Below are positions 1 to 13,743 of a stretch of DNA of 64,000 nucleotides, piece by piece (the first letter of the stretch is position 1; each line of letters begins with the position of its first letter). The stretch is from Marsupella aquatica. Its lineage: Eukaryota > Plantae > Marchantiophyta. The notes below the pieces were generated by a model. That model searched no databases, was not told where the DNA came from, and saw only the letters and a program-made list of their open reading frames with translations. The position numbers and the translations under genes were made by a program. The stretch covers positions 11,758,828 to 11,822,827 of the forward strand of contig OZ316894.1 of the NCBI GenBank assembly GCA_973895155.1, read 5' to 3'.

Positions 1-2160
1 ATCATCTCAATTGCCTTCGACAATCCAACCAAGCGAGGGAGCCTCTGCGTACCTGCAAATTAAACAAACAGATTACTTGACGGATCAATCCATCCAGATG
101 ATTGCCAGAACCCTCACTCAAGAAGGGACAATGACGAGCATCCCGAGCTTTGCTAACACAGCTATATGGACTGCAGGTTAGCTTTGAGAACAGGGTCTAC
201 AACCGACCCCTAACCGGAAGTTAGACTTAGCTTGGACAATAAACCCACGACCAAGCTGAGATTGAAAACAGGGCTTTACTAGAGACTGACGATCTAGTCA
301 AATGCTTCGTTGGGCATCCTTTGGTGTCCTAAACATGGTCAGGGCTGTTCTCTTAAGTTGCTGCAAGAGTCCCTTTCTGCCAACCCTCTACTGCAGATTA
401 CAGTGAGTGCAGAGATTTTGTTTATGTTCTGATCGTCTTAAGTAAGAAGCTCATTGGCTTGGCACTGCCTATACCTTTCACAGCTGCAGGACGATTCTAA
501 GAAACTGAAGATGAGATTTTCTCGGGAGTTCTCACGGGAAACACAACGAACTTACCACCAAATCCAGGAAGGATACCAAGTTGAAGTTCTGGCAGGCCAA
601 GCTGGGCCTTGGGTGTTGAGATGCGAGCAGTACATGCCTATCTCATAAAAAATCATTCCAACTGGATCTTATTAGAAAGCAAAAGTTAGCCAATCCTTGC
701 GATAACACTTTGACCCAAACTCCTGAAGCAAGACACTAAAACACAGGAAGGTCAACAGTTGACTTCTCCACCAATACTTCAAACGTGTTCTTGCTTTTAA
801 ACCATATCTGTCCCAAGAATTGAAGTGTCAGTCACTTGAACATGCAAATACAAGTGGTCCCCTTTCAAATTTACATTGCAAAGACAAACGTACCATTGCC
901 AGCTCCAAACCTCCACCGAGGGCAAGGCCGTCGATTGCAGCCACTGACGGCTTACGAGCCTCTGTGACATATTAGTGATGAAAACCAATGTCACAAGTTG
1001 GATGGGCGGTTCAATCTGTATACACCTGATACTAATAAAAGTGCACAAAGAATTTTTTTACTCAAGACTCTGAATCAGCTTCTTGCATACCTTCGATAGT
1101 GTGTGTCATCAAGTCAACTGCAACTTTACGAGAAAATGTTGTGTCCCCTGTGTGCAAGAAGGCAAGTAATATCAATGTCCACTAGAGCTCAATCAAGCAA
1201 GAGCAATGACGACAAACATAAAAAGAAACGAGCTCTGCATATCACCACAGATGCATTTTCCTGGCACAAAATGGGTGTCATATTACCGGATGCCTGAAGG
1301 TCCTTGAAGGCGGTAATGTCAAAGCCAGCTGAAAACTTGCCAGTTGCACCTGTTTCGAGACATACGAGGCAAAGGGAAACGGAAACCACAACAGCTACTG
1401 GCATCAGCTCACGAAGAACTCGACTGGTCTATTATACGTGGGGATGACACAATCGAGCTGTCACTCTCTCGAGTATCTGAAGCCTCACAAAGACTTCAAA
1501 GTTCAACACAAGGACCAGCCAACTTTGCTAATTGGACTATTGTGCTGCGCCCAATACAAATATGCTAACGGAGAAATTACGAGCTTCCATACTTGAATCG
1601 CTCAGATATATTGCCTTCTTCAGATACGATCGATTCTAATAAGAAAGAGAATGTTGCAATCAAAATCAACAACGGCTCACACGACACACAAAATCCATCC
1701 GTTCGCAGTTGAAAGACTCATATCTGTCGATTTAAAACATAATGCTGATTAGACCAGAAGCATACCAGTGACTACTATCGCTCTAACATCATCTCTTTGA
1801 ATAGCTTCATCGAACTTCTCCTTCAAGCCTTCTAACACTGCGATACAAAACCATAGAATACGAATCAATGCAAGAGGAGGATAAGCTTGGATTCTGAGGG
1901 AAAATGTAAGTACGTCTCTGTCCTTCCTTAGGGCTGACTCCCCATCAAAACACCGAAGCCAACGGGAGAATGCCACTGCAAAGTATATCAGATAATCGAC
2001 GGAGAAATTTCCTCTGACCCTCTTGTGAGATTGGGAAGGTCAAATCTAGAGGGGAGTACTACTCACCAGGAAAAGCAAGCGCATTTACTGGCGGATAGCT
2101 GAGAGTGATGATGCCTACGCCATCCGATCCGACGTCCAGGGTTATGGCAAGTTTTGCCAT
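1..2160 (-). CDS. MFP: Peroxisomal fatty-acid beta-oxidation multifunctional protein (AIM1/MFP2 family), N-terminal enoyl-CoA hydratase part; 3' end lies outside the window
   Basis: GT-AG exons 2067-2160, 1766-1837, 1287-1349, 1091-1147, 894-961, 556-637 and <1-52 join in frame: MAKLAITLDVGSDGVGIITLSYPPVNALAFPVLEGLKEKF...GKFSAGFDI...[67 protein letters not shown]. These are crotonase-fold motifs typical of plant AIM1/MFP2. Confidence 0.96.
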
Positions 2161-2226
2161 GGTGATCACAACAGCAGTGCACTCCCTCTCTTAATTAGCA
2201 GCGAACATCCAACGAAACAATTCTCC

Positions 2227-3692
2227 CTGTACGAACATAGACCACCAGCTCATAATTAAAATTGATTGATAACCGGTATGAATTATCTGCGCCGATACAG
2301 TAAGGTACCCTATCACCAACCATAGGACGGTGATCCTACTACCAAGTTTGCATGTCGTCACTAATAAGATTAAATTCCCAACTAACAGTCGGCAGGCACG
2401 GGTTGCTGCCAGCTATACAATCACTCAAATTACCGTTCCTGTGCGCCTTTGCCGAACAATCTAATGTCCAGCACAAGGCGTCGAACTGAGGTTGCGCAAA
2501 TCACCACAGAGGAAGGTGCAGGACAGGGAACCAAGCAACGAGAAACCGGATCACTCCCCTTAAGGATATGAATTCAAATACTCAGCTTTCTGGATCCAGC
2601 AATGGAAAGGAAAATCATAGTGTAAAAAACACACAAAGAAAAAGATCGCACGCTGATACCGAAGAACCGAAGCTCCAAGGACGAGAACTTTGTAAAGTTG
2701 GAATTCTGGTAAGGAAAAGCTATTCTCGACGCAAAGTTCCCACAGCTAACAAACGTCGAATGGTCAAATGGTGCCTCAACTTTAAGGTCACCTTCCCGGG
2801 GCAAGCGACGATAGGCAACAAGGTGAAGATCCTGCCCGAGATGAGAATACGACAACTTCAATGAAAATTCCAGGGAAAACGACGAAGCACGGGGAGGCCA
2901 GTAACAAACAGGAAGTGGGGGTTCAAGCAACTCTGCCGCTCTTGCTAAAAGTCCAATCTGTGCGCGGACAATCCAAGCATCAGCGACGAAAACGGGGAAC
3001 AGATACCTGGAACGAAATCTGATCAAGCGAAAAGATTCACTCAAAAGTGGAGCACCGATAGCAGAGTCCAAGGTCGTCGAATGCGACCACGTCCTGTATC
3101 AGAAATGCTGACGATAAAAATGAACTTGTAGCCAATATGAGCATGAAAGGCGCAGCAGTGCCAGGTACAAACTTTGAGCAGCGCTTTGCTCTTGGTAACC
3201 AGAATTTTGCTCGATGTCTTTGATTACACTTTGAAAAAAAATTAAAATGATCAACAGCATTTCAACTTGATAAATCATGTACTTCGACGAAAATTGCCCG
3301 AACCGAAATTACCCAACATAGAGTAAGAGAGAGTTTAGAATACAAAGACAGCAACGCCCTTTTTCGAACTTCAGGACAAGACGGAAACAAGCACAGGTCA
3401 AAACTACCGGGGGTCGACTAACGTGTCTACAAGTTTCCGGTAGCAGATAGCTCGGCATGTCAAAGTACAAAATATACTACACCACCGAATTGGAAGTTCG
3501 CCCGGCGCACAAGGCGGAGTTGGCGGAAGCAAGCGGGTAGCGAAGAGTAACACCATGCTGTCGACAGCCAAAATTGCAGGACACACCGGGGCGAATGCAC
3601 AACGAGATATTAAAGTAAGGAAGGCAAGCCAGGACCGACACAGATGATCGAGCCAGAGGTCCATCTTCACTGCTCCGGAGAGAATTTACTAC
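2227..3692 (-). other. Putative large 5'-UTR intron of the MFP gene
   Basis: Candidate donor GAAG|GTAGTA at 3692 and acceptor gttcgtacAG at 2227, 66 nt upstream of the ATG. No recognisable coding sequence lies between. Inference only. Confidence 0.4.
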
Positions 3693-3967
3693 CTTCTCGT
3701 CCAAACTGACGCCCGGTCGATCAATCCTCCGTACAATTGTCTAGTAGGTCGGATTGCACAAAGCTCCAAATCGGTTCGATGAAGCTCCTAAACTCCCACT
3801 TCCTCGGTGAAATTGGTCCGTCAGTCCGTGCGTCGGATGGTACAAAAACTCAAAAAAATCCGTCCAAACAAAAAGCTCCAAATCTGCGCTCCTAAATACA
3901 AACTCCCATCCCGCTCTCCGAGATGTCTGATAGATTTCGGGAACACCACTCCGCAAAAATCGATTTC

Positions 3968-4220
3968 AACACGTCGTAATTGGATTATTGCTCGACATAC
4001 TCAAGATCTATCGGGTAAAGCACACAGAAAATTGTTGCATAATTCTCCACCGGGAGCAGCGCAGCAGGCAGGATTGCCAAGTTGGTGATTGACGATCACG
4101 TCGGAGACACTTCTCCCCCGGCAACAACTGAAACTACGGTTCGATCTACTACTCTTGTGCTGTGGGGTACGGAATGCCGTCCTTCGCCATCCACGTCAGC
4201 ACTTCGAGAGTCACGTCGGG
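3968..4220 (-). promoter_or_regulatory. Cluster of ACGTG-core (ABRE/G-box-like) motifs in the putative MFP promoter/leader
   Basis: CACGTC cores at about 3970, 4098, 4192 and 4212, within about 250 bp of GC-rich sequence ending at the AT-rich TE boundary. Confidence 0.35.
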
Positions 4221-4285
4221 ACCCACGAAGAATGCGCCGTGAGGGACAGAACCATCTACTATTATTGTAATATGTTATATTTTAT

Positions 4286-4889
4286 CAGGATTTTACTAAA
4301 CTACCCCCCGAACTGGTAGTTATTACAAACTTGCCCCAAAAACTAAATTATTTAGCAGACTGCCCCCCAAAAGTGTATCCTGTTATTTTTAACTCAACTA
4401 CTTGACCACAGCTGTGTTCCAATTGGCTGTAAGCAACCAGAGTTGCCCGATCCCTCTCTCCCATTGCTGGCCCTTCATATTCATTGTTCGATCCTGAACT
4501 CTTACAGCTCAGAAAATGCCAACATTTTGGTTCTGTTTCCCGAAGAAACGAGGGCTGGGACTTGGGCCCAGGTAGGAGTTGGGTCTAAGTGGGGCCTGGA
4601 TGGTTGCACTGCACTTCAGGCCCTGATGGTAGCATTGCACCTTAGGCCCCAACAAGGCTATGGACTGCGTGAAAGTGGATGAGGGTTAGCTTCACCTTAG
4701 GTAGTCGACTCTGGTTACTTAGACAGCCAATGGGAACACAGTGTGGTAGAGTATTTGGGTTTAAAGTAACACAAAACATTATTTTTTTTTGGGGGGGGGG
4801 GGGGGGGGGGGGCAGCCTAAGAAATAATTTAGTTTTGGGGGTGAATTTGTAATAAGGATGAGTTTGGGGGGCAGTTTAGTAAAAAGCTG
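4286..4889. mobile_element. Non-autonomous Mutator-like (long-TIR) element / MITE
   Basis: Imperfect TIRs of about 155-180 bp: caggattttactaaactaccccccgaact... at 4286 versus the reverse complement cagctttttactaaactgccccccaaact... ending at 4889. Flanks tatattttat and tttgttttat match 8/10, a decayed 10-bp TSD. The right TIR carries a poly-G expansion. Confidence 0.85.
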
Positions 4890-4899
4890 TTTGTTTTAT

Positions 4900-5462
4900 A
4901 TGTATGTCACTCATGTTGTAGGAGTGAGCGTGCTTTACCTTCAAAATAAAGCGTAGTGTTAACTTGTTAACTTTCTTTTTAAGCATTGTGACCTTTTAGG
5001 ACAACCACTCCATAAAAGGGCACAACCGTGTGTTATAGTTTTTACTAATACTTGAACCTAAATAGATATGAAGAATAATCTTGCACAATCAAGTTAATAT
5101 GCTATGTTGGTTAATCTTTGCCCCATCCTTGGTTTTTGCCCATCCTCATTTCAGTAAGTACTACTTTCTCAAAGTTTTTCTCACTTTCTCACTCTTAAGG
5201 TACTACTTTGAACCAGTACCTTAGCCTAAACTATCTTTATCTTAATTTACATGCAATACAAAATCCCAGTTTTGAGCACTAGATTTTTGAAATAGCAAGC
5301 ACCTCAAGTAATGGCTACACCTTGGTAATCTGCATTCCATACTACATTTACATATGCGCAATGATGGACAGAACTATATCTATGTCACTCATGGTGTAGG
5401 AGTGAGAGTGCTTTATCTTAAAGCCTAGAGTTGAACTTCCTCTTTAAGCATTGTGACCTTTC
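4900..5462. repeat. Dispersed direct repeat of about 90 bp, two copies
   Basis: tatgtcactcatg(t/g)tgtaggagtgag(c/a)gtgcttta...ttaagcattgtgacctt at about 4903-4995 and 5381-5460. Confidence 0.8.
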
Positions 5463-5949
5463 TTTTTGTGTGTTTGCTTTGCTTTATATTATTTATATTC
5501 CATGGGATATATTTATTACAATGCCAAAGAACAAAAAGTGTCAAACTAGGATGTGTTTGCTTTTTTATATTCCACTAGGTATATCTATTACACGGCCAAT
5601 AAAACAAAGAGTGTCAAACTCGGATATGCTTGCTTAAGTATATATTATTTCCAGTATGTGTTAATTACACTGCCAAATAATAAAAACATCAAACTAGGAG
5701 ACAAGATCCCAAAGAAGAGACCCAAGAAAAGGGAGAGAACAAGGAAAAAACCCTGGAAGACTAAGGAGCAAGATCCCAATGCCCAACAAAAGGGAGAGAA
5801 CAAGGGAAAAGCCCAGGAAGACCAAAGAGCAAGATCCCAGAGACAAGAGCCCCCATAAATGAAAGAAAGCAAGGGAGCAAAATAATCCCCAGAACATTCC
5901 CCAACAACAGCAAAGAGAACTAAAACCATACAAAGTACCAAACCAGCTC

Positions 5950-6239
5950 CTCCTTCAATGTTTTTGGACACTAAAAAACTGAAGAGATTTATTTGAAAAA
6001 TCATACAAAATTAGCAAACCAGCTCACACTTGAAAAATCATTCTAGAGAGAAGAGAGTGAGAGGAGGAGCTACAGCAAGTTGGCCATGGTGGGTGTAATC
6101 ATTTTGCATTATTAGATTTATCTCATGGCCGTGGACGTAGCCCAGACGGGGTGAACCACGTAATTTCACTGTAGTAGTCTATGGATGAATGTTTATACAT
6201 GTTGATGTTGTCTCTTTCGGTCTATATCACATCCCAACA
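5950..6239 (+). mobile_element. 3' portion of a Copia-type LTR (probable solo LTR remnant)
   Basis: The motif GTGGACGTAGCCC...GGTGAACCACGTAA (6131-6163) is characteristic of plant Ty1/Copia LTR U5 regions, and the segment ends in ...CCCAACA at 6239. The left boundary is not determined. Confidence 0.55.
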
Positions 6240-9200
6240 ATATACTCTGTCAACGACTTGTGTATTATAATTGTTGGATGTTGCACATGTGTATGCCATA
6301 TTTGAGTAGCAGTCATTTGCTCAACAATCTTGGCTAATGACTTGTATTTATATATGCAGAATGTATCCTCAATGTATTTGTAGCAGTTTGAAAAAAATCC
6401 ACCCTGCAACAAACTCTACCTGGAATCTGCTGGGGTCCAGCCCAACTAGTGAACACAATATAGTTGATCTGGTCATTTACATTTTCTTGGGTGCTTGATA
6501 CTTCATCAGGCCCATGGCAATCTGGAGAGTGTTTTGCTTTTGTCTTTTGCATACAGGAGTTCCCCCCTTATTTTACAAACAGGAGAACTTCCTGGTTAGA
6601 GGACATATTGGGACTTACCTGGGGACTTAATGTCCCCCAAAAAGCAAGTGACTTAGCCAAAGTATGAAGGACATTGTGGCCAACAATGTTCATAACAAGA
6701 ATGAGTGCTTATTGGAAAAGAAACATTTCCCTGAAATTACGGTGCAATAGTGTGTCAAGAAACAAGAATAAGTTAAAATGGCAGGATTCCCTGCAATGCA
6801 GAGATTAGAAGATTCTTAGTTTCTTTCTTATATGGTACTTCGATTTACTTTGAGTTACTTATTGCCTAGGTTGATCGGGCATTACATAATTCCCTACTCA
6901 AATCAAGGTGTGTATATTGTAGAAAATAAGGGCTCTAAAAAATTAGGAAGCCAAAACTCACTAAAGTCTCTACTTCTCAGCAGTGTTTTACTCTGCATTG
7001 AGTTCAGGACAGGCCAACTGGTGTTAATGGTCCCTACTGCCATATTGCACTCTGAAGTACTGAATTGTCATTTGGAGTATGCTCACCAAATGGAATAAGC
7101 CAAGCGAACCAAATTGACTCACAATAGGCCGAACAATATTGTCTTGAAAGCATATTTTATAATAAACATGGTTTCCAATACGTTTTGGGTCATTTTCTAC
7201 AATACCGTTTCCAAAATTAAGTAAGTTTTGGAGCCATTGTAGGCCCCCATCATTTCAGATGAAAGTCCAATCAATAAAATAAGCCTCGTTCCCAACTGGA
7301 TTTGGAGGGAGCGACCAAGAAAACCAAGATGCTTTCCAAATAGAATAATAAGACCGGGGCCCACTCCGCTAAGGGTGAGCTACTATTGCATGCACATATC
7401 TTGGAGCCACCACTGTTCCTCATTAAAATTCATTTTCTTGCAAACTTTGCTTGCTTGTTTGGCCGTCACAAGCAACCTCGGAAAAGTGCAATTATTAGAT
7501 GCTCGCTTTTCTTGTATAAAAAACGGAACTGGAGATTAGGAGCCCCTACTCAGTTTTAGAGATTTAATAGCCAGCTCAATGACCAAGGGTCACATAGACC
7601 AGAAATAGCAGACAGCAGAACCCTTGAAAAAGTGAGACTTCAATATGACCTTCAGAATTTGAGTTAAACTCAGCAGAAGTTTTCTTCAGAATTTTAGAAG
7701 GAAATTTGACTTCTTCCCTCAGCCTGTCCATGTTGTATTACAAAGCTAAGCTGATATGTGACTTGTAGACGACGTCCTGGTCCATCAGGGCTTAAACTTC
7801 TACAAACCCACAATCAAGGACCATATTGGAGAATGGGCGGGAACTAAGAGGGAGAGTAGCCAACCCTGACTTTCAGTGAACTCTAGGAGAAATGACCACA
7901 AGATCCAAGGGTGAGGTATTGTATAATGCAAGCAAACAGGAATGTTGATTGCAAGCAGAGTGTTCTTAGCAAGTCACTAGTGGTGTTGAATTCTTTTGAT
8001 TTTTGCTGCCTTTAATATTTTTAGTGTTTTTGTAAGACTCCAGATGGCTAGCAAGTTGGCTAGCCAAAAGAGGAGTCCTCAAAATGGATGCTACCAACCA
8101 GGTTGATGTTAGTGAGGCGGTTGGATAAAGAAAAATAGGGTTCACGTGAGTACATTTTGCTCATGCGAGAATTCGTTTTACTGTTTCCTCTCACGCCACA
8201 ATGACCCTACAAGCATGTGTGGATGCTTGTAGCTGGTGACACATCTTTGTGGGGGCAAGGGTTAGGTCAACATACCAAGTCACATGGGCCTGGGTCACCC
8301 CAGCATCCTCACTTAAAAATATGTGCCTGCTGCAAGGTTCAAATATGGAACCTAGTGATCCCAAGTGATGTCAAGCAAGACAAGTAGGCATACACATCCA
8401 TGTATCCAGTTCCATGATGCCTAGAGTGTAAAGCTCCTCTCCAAAGTCTAGGAATATTTCATGGATGGTGAAAGATGGAATTTTCTTTTTATGTATATAT
8501 TTTAAAGACAGGAATTCACTAAACGTATAAGGACCTACAACAGAATTGTCAAGATAAATGGCAACATTTTGAGGAATCACAATTGCCAGACTTTGTTTAC
8601 AATCCCTTTCCACTATTCACACTGGCTACAAGCTGACCTCAAATCTTTTTATAACTGATTAGTGAATCAAAAAAGACATCCAAAATAACAACTACCAGTA
8701 GGTCCCTGTTGTATGGTCTCCTTGTCCAAAATTTAGTAAGAAACCTCGGGAGTCACACAATTTACTTTTGGCGGTTGTTCATATTGGGCTGTGGAAGATA
8801 ACCTGTGTTTCCAAAGGATGGTACTCTAAACGACATGAGCATGTTCTCGCCCTCACCAAAGAATTCCCAAGGTTGCAAGTGATGTTAAGTTGTTTCTAGG
8901 CTATCTTGGTTTCTTCGGCAGTGAAGACATTCTACACAAAAGGCTAAAGGGTGCATAGACTGTTATTTTGCCCAGATGCATGATGATTAACACTTTCTCA
9001 TACGGCAACAGTGAACTGGCTCTACTCTCCTGGCAAACTTTACTTTCTGTGTCATAACGAGTCGTCCTACAATCTGAAACGTCTTCCATCCATAGCTGAT
9101 CGTACTTGGATTCTTTGGTTTGAGCTGCTGATAGCCTTGTGTATATGTTCCGTTCTTTGTGCGTGCAACTGTGTCTAGGACATCCTTTTTGGCAAACGCT

Positions 9201-9937
9201 GCACTGCTTTTTGCAACCCGCTGCCAACCCAGAACTTTCCCACACATACAAGGCAGGGATGGTGGGGCCAAAAGCACTTCTTAAACGCCCCTTCGCGTAT
9301 CACATTCTGACACTCGAGGCTCTAGGAGACTGGTAGGCTAATACTGTCCAGACATGACTAGAAAAACATAAGATCTCCATGTATGGGACGCCACAGGTAT
9401 ATTGTAGGCGACATTCACAAGTGCTTCATTTTCATTTGCTTTCGTTCGTATGATTGCTTTTGTTGGTGTCTTGAAGGCTACCTGGCGCGGTTGAATTTGT
9501 GGTTGAATCTGTCATGCAATAGCGGTCGCTGAGATGGATGTGAGCTCCTTGGCCATGAACACAACACGTTTGAGCAAAGTGGTGAGTTTCTATGATCATC
9601 TATGTCCGAATTTATTCCAGTCATGAATGAGCTGCTTGTGCATGCATGCAACTCATTTTCACCAAGTTGAGCGTTCCTGGGCATGAATGTTCATCCATCT
9701 TCAAAACATTCTCTAGCCACGAGGATCCAGTTTCACAGACCCCCTAAAACACTTTATTTCCATGTTATCAAGCTCTAATTTCCCATCACAATCAATGTGG
9801 AAGCAAGTTTGGTTTCACACCCTGTTGCCCCAAGTACATGAATATGAATCTAATACCACTGTCTAATGGGTGAGATTAATATTGTTGCCGCTCACTACAA
9901 ATCTTGCGCCCTTGGATTTCAAGAGTTCAAGAGGACG

Positions 9938-12900
9938 TTAGTTGTTGAGAGTTGAGCCTATTCGAAGCCTCATCTTGTGCTGCAAGGTCGTTTGAGCACA
10001 ATCAAGTGCTGTTTCCCCTGTTACAAAATAAAATTCTCTTAGTAAGACTTCAAACAATGAACGGCAAAAACCCAGCAGGATATGAGGAGAGGTGACAAAT
10101 CAACCTTGCCAAAATTTTCTTAGGATCAAATACAAAAAAACAAAATTAATATCGAATGGAAGGCTAAGCTATATCATTTTCCTGACATTCACGCTAGTAA
10201 CCGACATTAACCTGCGAGCCTCTTATGCGAAATATATATTGTCCAATGAGTAGCAAACTATCTGTAAGAACTGCAACTTGAAAAAGGCTATGCCTAAAAA
10301 ACAATTCTGTCCCCCGCCAGATGCTAGAAGAGCATTTAAATATAAAACTTTCATAAAAACCGTGGCTGTCATCACCGCACCTTGGGCATTTTTGGCCAAC
10401 AACTGGGCTCCAGAATCGATTAGCAAAAATGTTATTTCAGTAAAATTGAACATTGCAGCCTGCAAACAATAGTTGGGGCTACTTGCTCAGTGCCGCATCT
10501 TTGCTTTCCAAATATTGACAAAAGGAAACATCGGCAATTGAAGCTGACATGTTTGTTCTTCAAGCGGAACTCAAATCAAAGTAATCAATTTTCTTTCCTA
10601 CCCACAGTACTGTTCCAAAAGCATCTACTAGATCCCCACTCTGGTTACTCGCAGTTTGCAAAAAAGAGAGAATTTAAAATTATTACCAGGTGAAGCAAAG
10701 ACATCCCCTGCTTGTCAACATAGTTTACATCTACACCCTGCGGTCATCAACAGACGAGCTGTTAGCATTTAATTTGAACTTGTGAACCCTTATATGCAGT
10801 CACTGACTTTAACTGGGAAACAAAGATAAGACTTTTACGGAGAGCACGTCCTTTACCACTTTGAGACAAGCGTGTCTGGAAAAATCTTAGAAGCTTGCAA
10901 ACCCATTACCTGTGAAAGTAAGTCCTTTACGGCAGAAATGTCTCCATTTTTTACTGCTTCCCGTAATCCCTAGAATGATGAGATGTAAAACAAGTCGAAT
11001 ACATTTATTGAGCCACCTTATTCAAAACGGTTTTAAATAAACTACACTGTAAGACTCACTGAAATAAACACTCGTTTAAGTTACCTTTAGACTCCTTGTT
11101 CCCCCGTCATCACAGTTCCTTCACTTAATAGCAATGGCATATTGCAAACTTCACATCAAGATATTGCGAAATTCACATCAAAGTAAAATTCAAGTGATCA
11201 ATGTTACCTCTCCACTCTGCTCATATGCCTTAGAAAGGGGATGACTGCCCCCTTGGCTTGAATTCCCACTAGAGAAAAATAAACTGCAATCAGTTGCAAC
11301 AACGTACAACTTAATGTAAAAAAGTATCCCAAAACAATTTGGAGGTGCAGGGATCAGATACAGTGCCCCATAGGACTCCTCCACAAATTGATGAGCTGAC
11401 TCAAATCAGCGATATAAATCTGATCTTTTTGGCAAATTCAAGGCCAAGTAGACCCTTGTCAAAAGTGGTGATGCTAGGGAGTCGTTGATAGTACCTTGGC
11501 ATACTATTACCAGATGTTGCAACCGTTGACTGCTTGAACACAGAAGGATTAGATGTTGATACTTTTCTCGGTTCTCTCGACTTCTGAGGAGTAATTGTCT
11601 GAGTCGTAGATGGAACGACCTGCAAAAATAGCTATTTATTCGAGACGCTCGTAGATAAATAATACTGTAAGTTGTCAAGAACGTACAAAAGCATTTATTG
11701 CACAGCAGGTGAGACTCTTGTAGGATGAAAAGAGTGGGACGTAAATCACCTCGGAAACTGATGGAGCTTGACATATGCACAAGGGCATGCCACATGTACA
11801 GTCAAAAGGAACTGCTGAGGACAACTGTGCTCGATCCTCCTCTTTCGATGAGATACCATTTTCCGCTCCCAAATCTAATCCTTCCAACTTCGATGTGTTA
11901 CTCTTCATGGATGCACCATGAACAACTCGCGCATGTCGTGCTGATCTGAAATACAATAAAATCTCCATCACAAAACAGGCTATTTTGAGTCTTCCATAAG
12001 GCCCAGTTACATATGTGTTTGATCTAAAAGAGGAGCTCAAGCATCACTTCGTCCTTTTACTGCTTCGTTCAAATAAGCGTTGCTTTGGATAAAATCCCAA
12101 AGCTTGAACTGGTCTCGTCTTTCAAGAAGATTCCATGGGAGGTGCAGAAATGGTCAAGTGAATTGAAGAAGAAATTGGGCCTTCCCCACACAATTCATAA
12201 CTATGTTGGAGTCCGTTCCTACCACATGAATAGTTCCTCACTCATGATCGTGCAAATTTAGTTTTCAATGAAATTGTTCTGGGTATAAGGAGAACTATGA
12301 CAGGGATCAGATTCTGCTGCTCGATTCCTTCCTCTGATGCTACTCGAGTACTTCCTTTGATAAACTTTACTGATTGGACCAAGTTTAATAATTTAAGTTG
12401 CACGCAGATGCAAGAAAAGCACTTACTGCTTAGGAGGGTTGAAGCAATCATCACATACTCTGACTGGCGTGTACAGGCCATACTGCGGGAGAGCCTACAC
12501 AACACAAGTGCAGAACTTTCTTCTCAGCTGTATTATAGTGGGATGTTTTTGTCTCCTTTCAACAACAAAGACGTCCCGAAACCTCAATCAGAAACAAAAT
12601 GTTTAGCAATTACAATCCTGCAAACGGGAATAATCCGTTAGTGCTACGAGCGTCGGATGTTCCTTCACTGCAGTTTCTTTCACAACACCCTCAGGTTGTT
12701 AATTTGTAAAAGTTGAAAAAAGGATCAGTAGGTGAATATCGAAAAGTACGTTTTTGTGCGACACATATCACTCCATTGACTGTCCACAGTACATTCGTGA
12801 TACAGGAAACAATTTTTCCTGCACTCAGTGCCTGCTGCCTCTCCAATCTTTGGAAAACACCAAAACTAGTCCATGGAGAGGATGCTTAGGACACAAGGCT

Positions 12901-13743
12901 CTGTTCTTGTTTGCAAGGATAACCATATCTGTAGATACTAACTGATTATCATGGACAATACACTAACACGATTTCAGTCTTAAATGCAGCAGACGTGCTA
13001 TGGTCGCAGGTAAGCGCTTAGCCGCTTCAGCCCCATGCTGAAAGGTATAACAGGGTCCACGATAGCTCACCTTTTGATTCGACGAGTGTTCATTGCAAAA
13101 GCTACGTCCACATGCACGACAGTGATGCTGCAGGAACATTTAATTACACAATAATTGTCAGGATCTTCCCATTTGACCAAAGCAATCAATTCCACCAAAT
13201 CTAGTCGCAGTGCTAAGCAAATAGCACAGAAAGAGAATGCTGGCCGTGCTACTGCCAATTCTTGAAGAGGACTAGAGCAGGGGTCAATACTTTTACTCGG
13301 CAGACACTGGAATGGACCGGATGTGAATTAGCCACTCTTTGGACAGCTGACAAGCAACCGTCGAATGTTTAATCCTCTCCATCAAAAATTAACATGGACT
13401 TTATCATTCAGCAGTCCATATCAACCATACTCAGATCTTTAGGGCACCAGTCCATGAAAATTATTCATGCCAACCGAATCGTGTAAATTCTGATTCCTAA
13501 TTTGGTACTCGAAAAAAAACGATCCCGGACCAACAGATGGACAGATTGAAAACGGAGCTCCACAGGACAACTTAAAACTGTCTCGATGAGCACCACAGAT
13601 GCAGCTTCAAATCTGAGGAAGATTCCGAATTCTCAGGCAAGCAGAGAGGGGATATAGGTACCAACCCGCCGCTTGAAAGTGGTGAATGAAGTGCGACATG
13701 CCACGCATTGGGCAGCCGTCTGGAACGCAGGGGGCTCCTGCAT
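9938..13743 (-). CDS. FYVE zinc finger + C-terminal ankyrin-repeat protein (often annotated VPS27-like in plants)
   Basis: 10 GT-AG exons: 13666-13743, 13071-13127, 12427-12494, 11750-11945, 11495-11619, 11208-11283, 10910-10969, 10687-10737, 10381-10459, 9938-10017. Translation: MQEPPAFQTAAQCVACRTSFTTFKRRHHCRACGRSFCNEHSSNQKALPQYGLYTPVRVCDDCF (FYVE RRHHCR and RVC motifs), CTCGMPLCIC, GLREAVKNGD...DKQGMSLLHLAAMFN...KNAQGETALDCA (ankyrin), stop TAA. Confidence 0.93.

Noticed and set aside
2568-4319. ORFs such as 2574-3071 (165 aa) and 3404-3670
   Set aside because: No recognisable motifs; they lie in the probable 5'-UTR intron/leader of MFP.
5553-6004. Lys/Glu-rich and hydrophobic ORFs on opposite strands
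   Set aside because: They reflect strand-biased A/G-rich degenerate repeat sequence next to an LTR remnant.
7020-7360. Possible LINE C-terminal relic (ILFGLL...AYSIW) on the minus strand
   Set aside because: Too short and degenerate to support without a search.
8900-9430. Cys-rich minus-strand ORFs and a SWIM-like CECRLQYTCGVPY string
   Set aside because: The final CxH ligands are missing and no other MULE transposase motif was recognised; this may be chance or 3'-UTR sequence.
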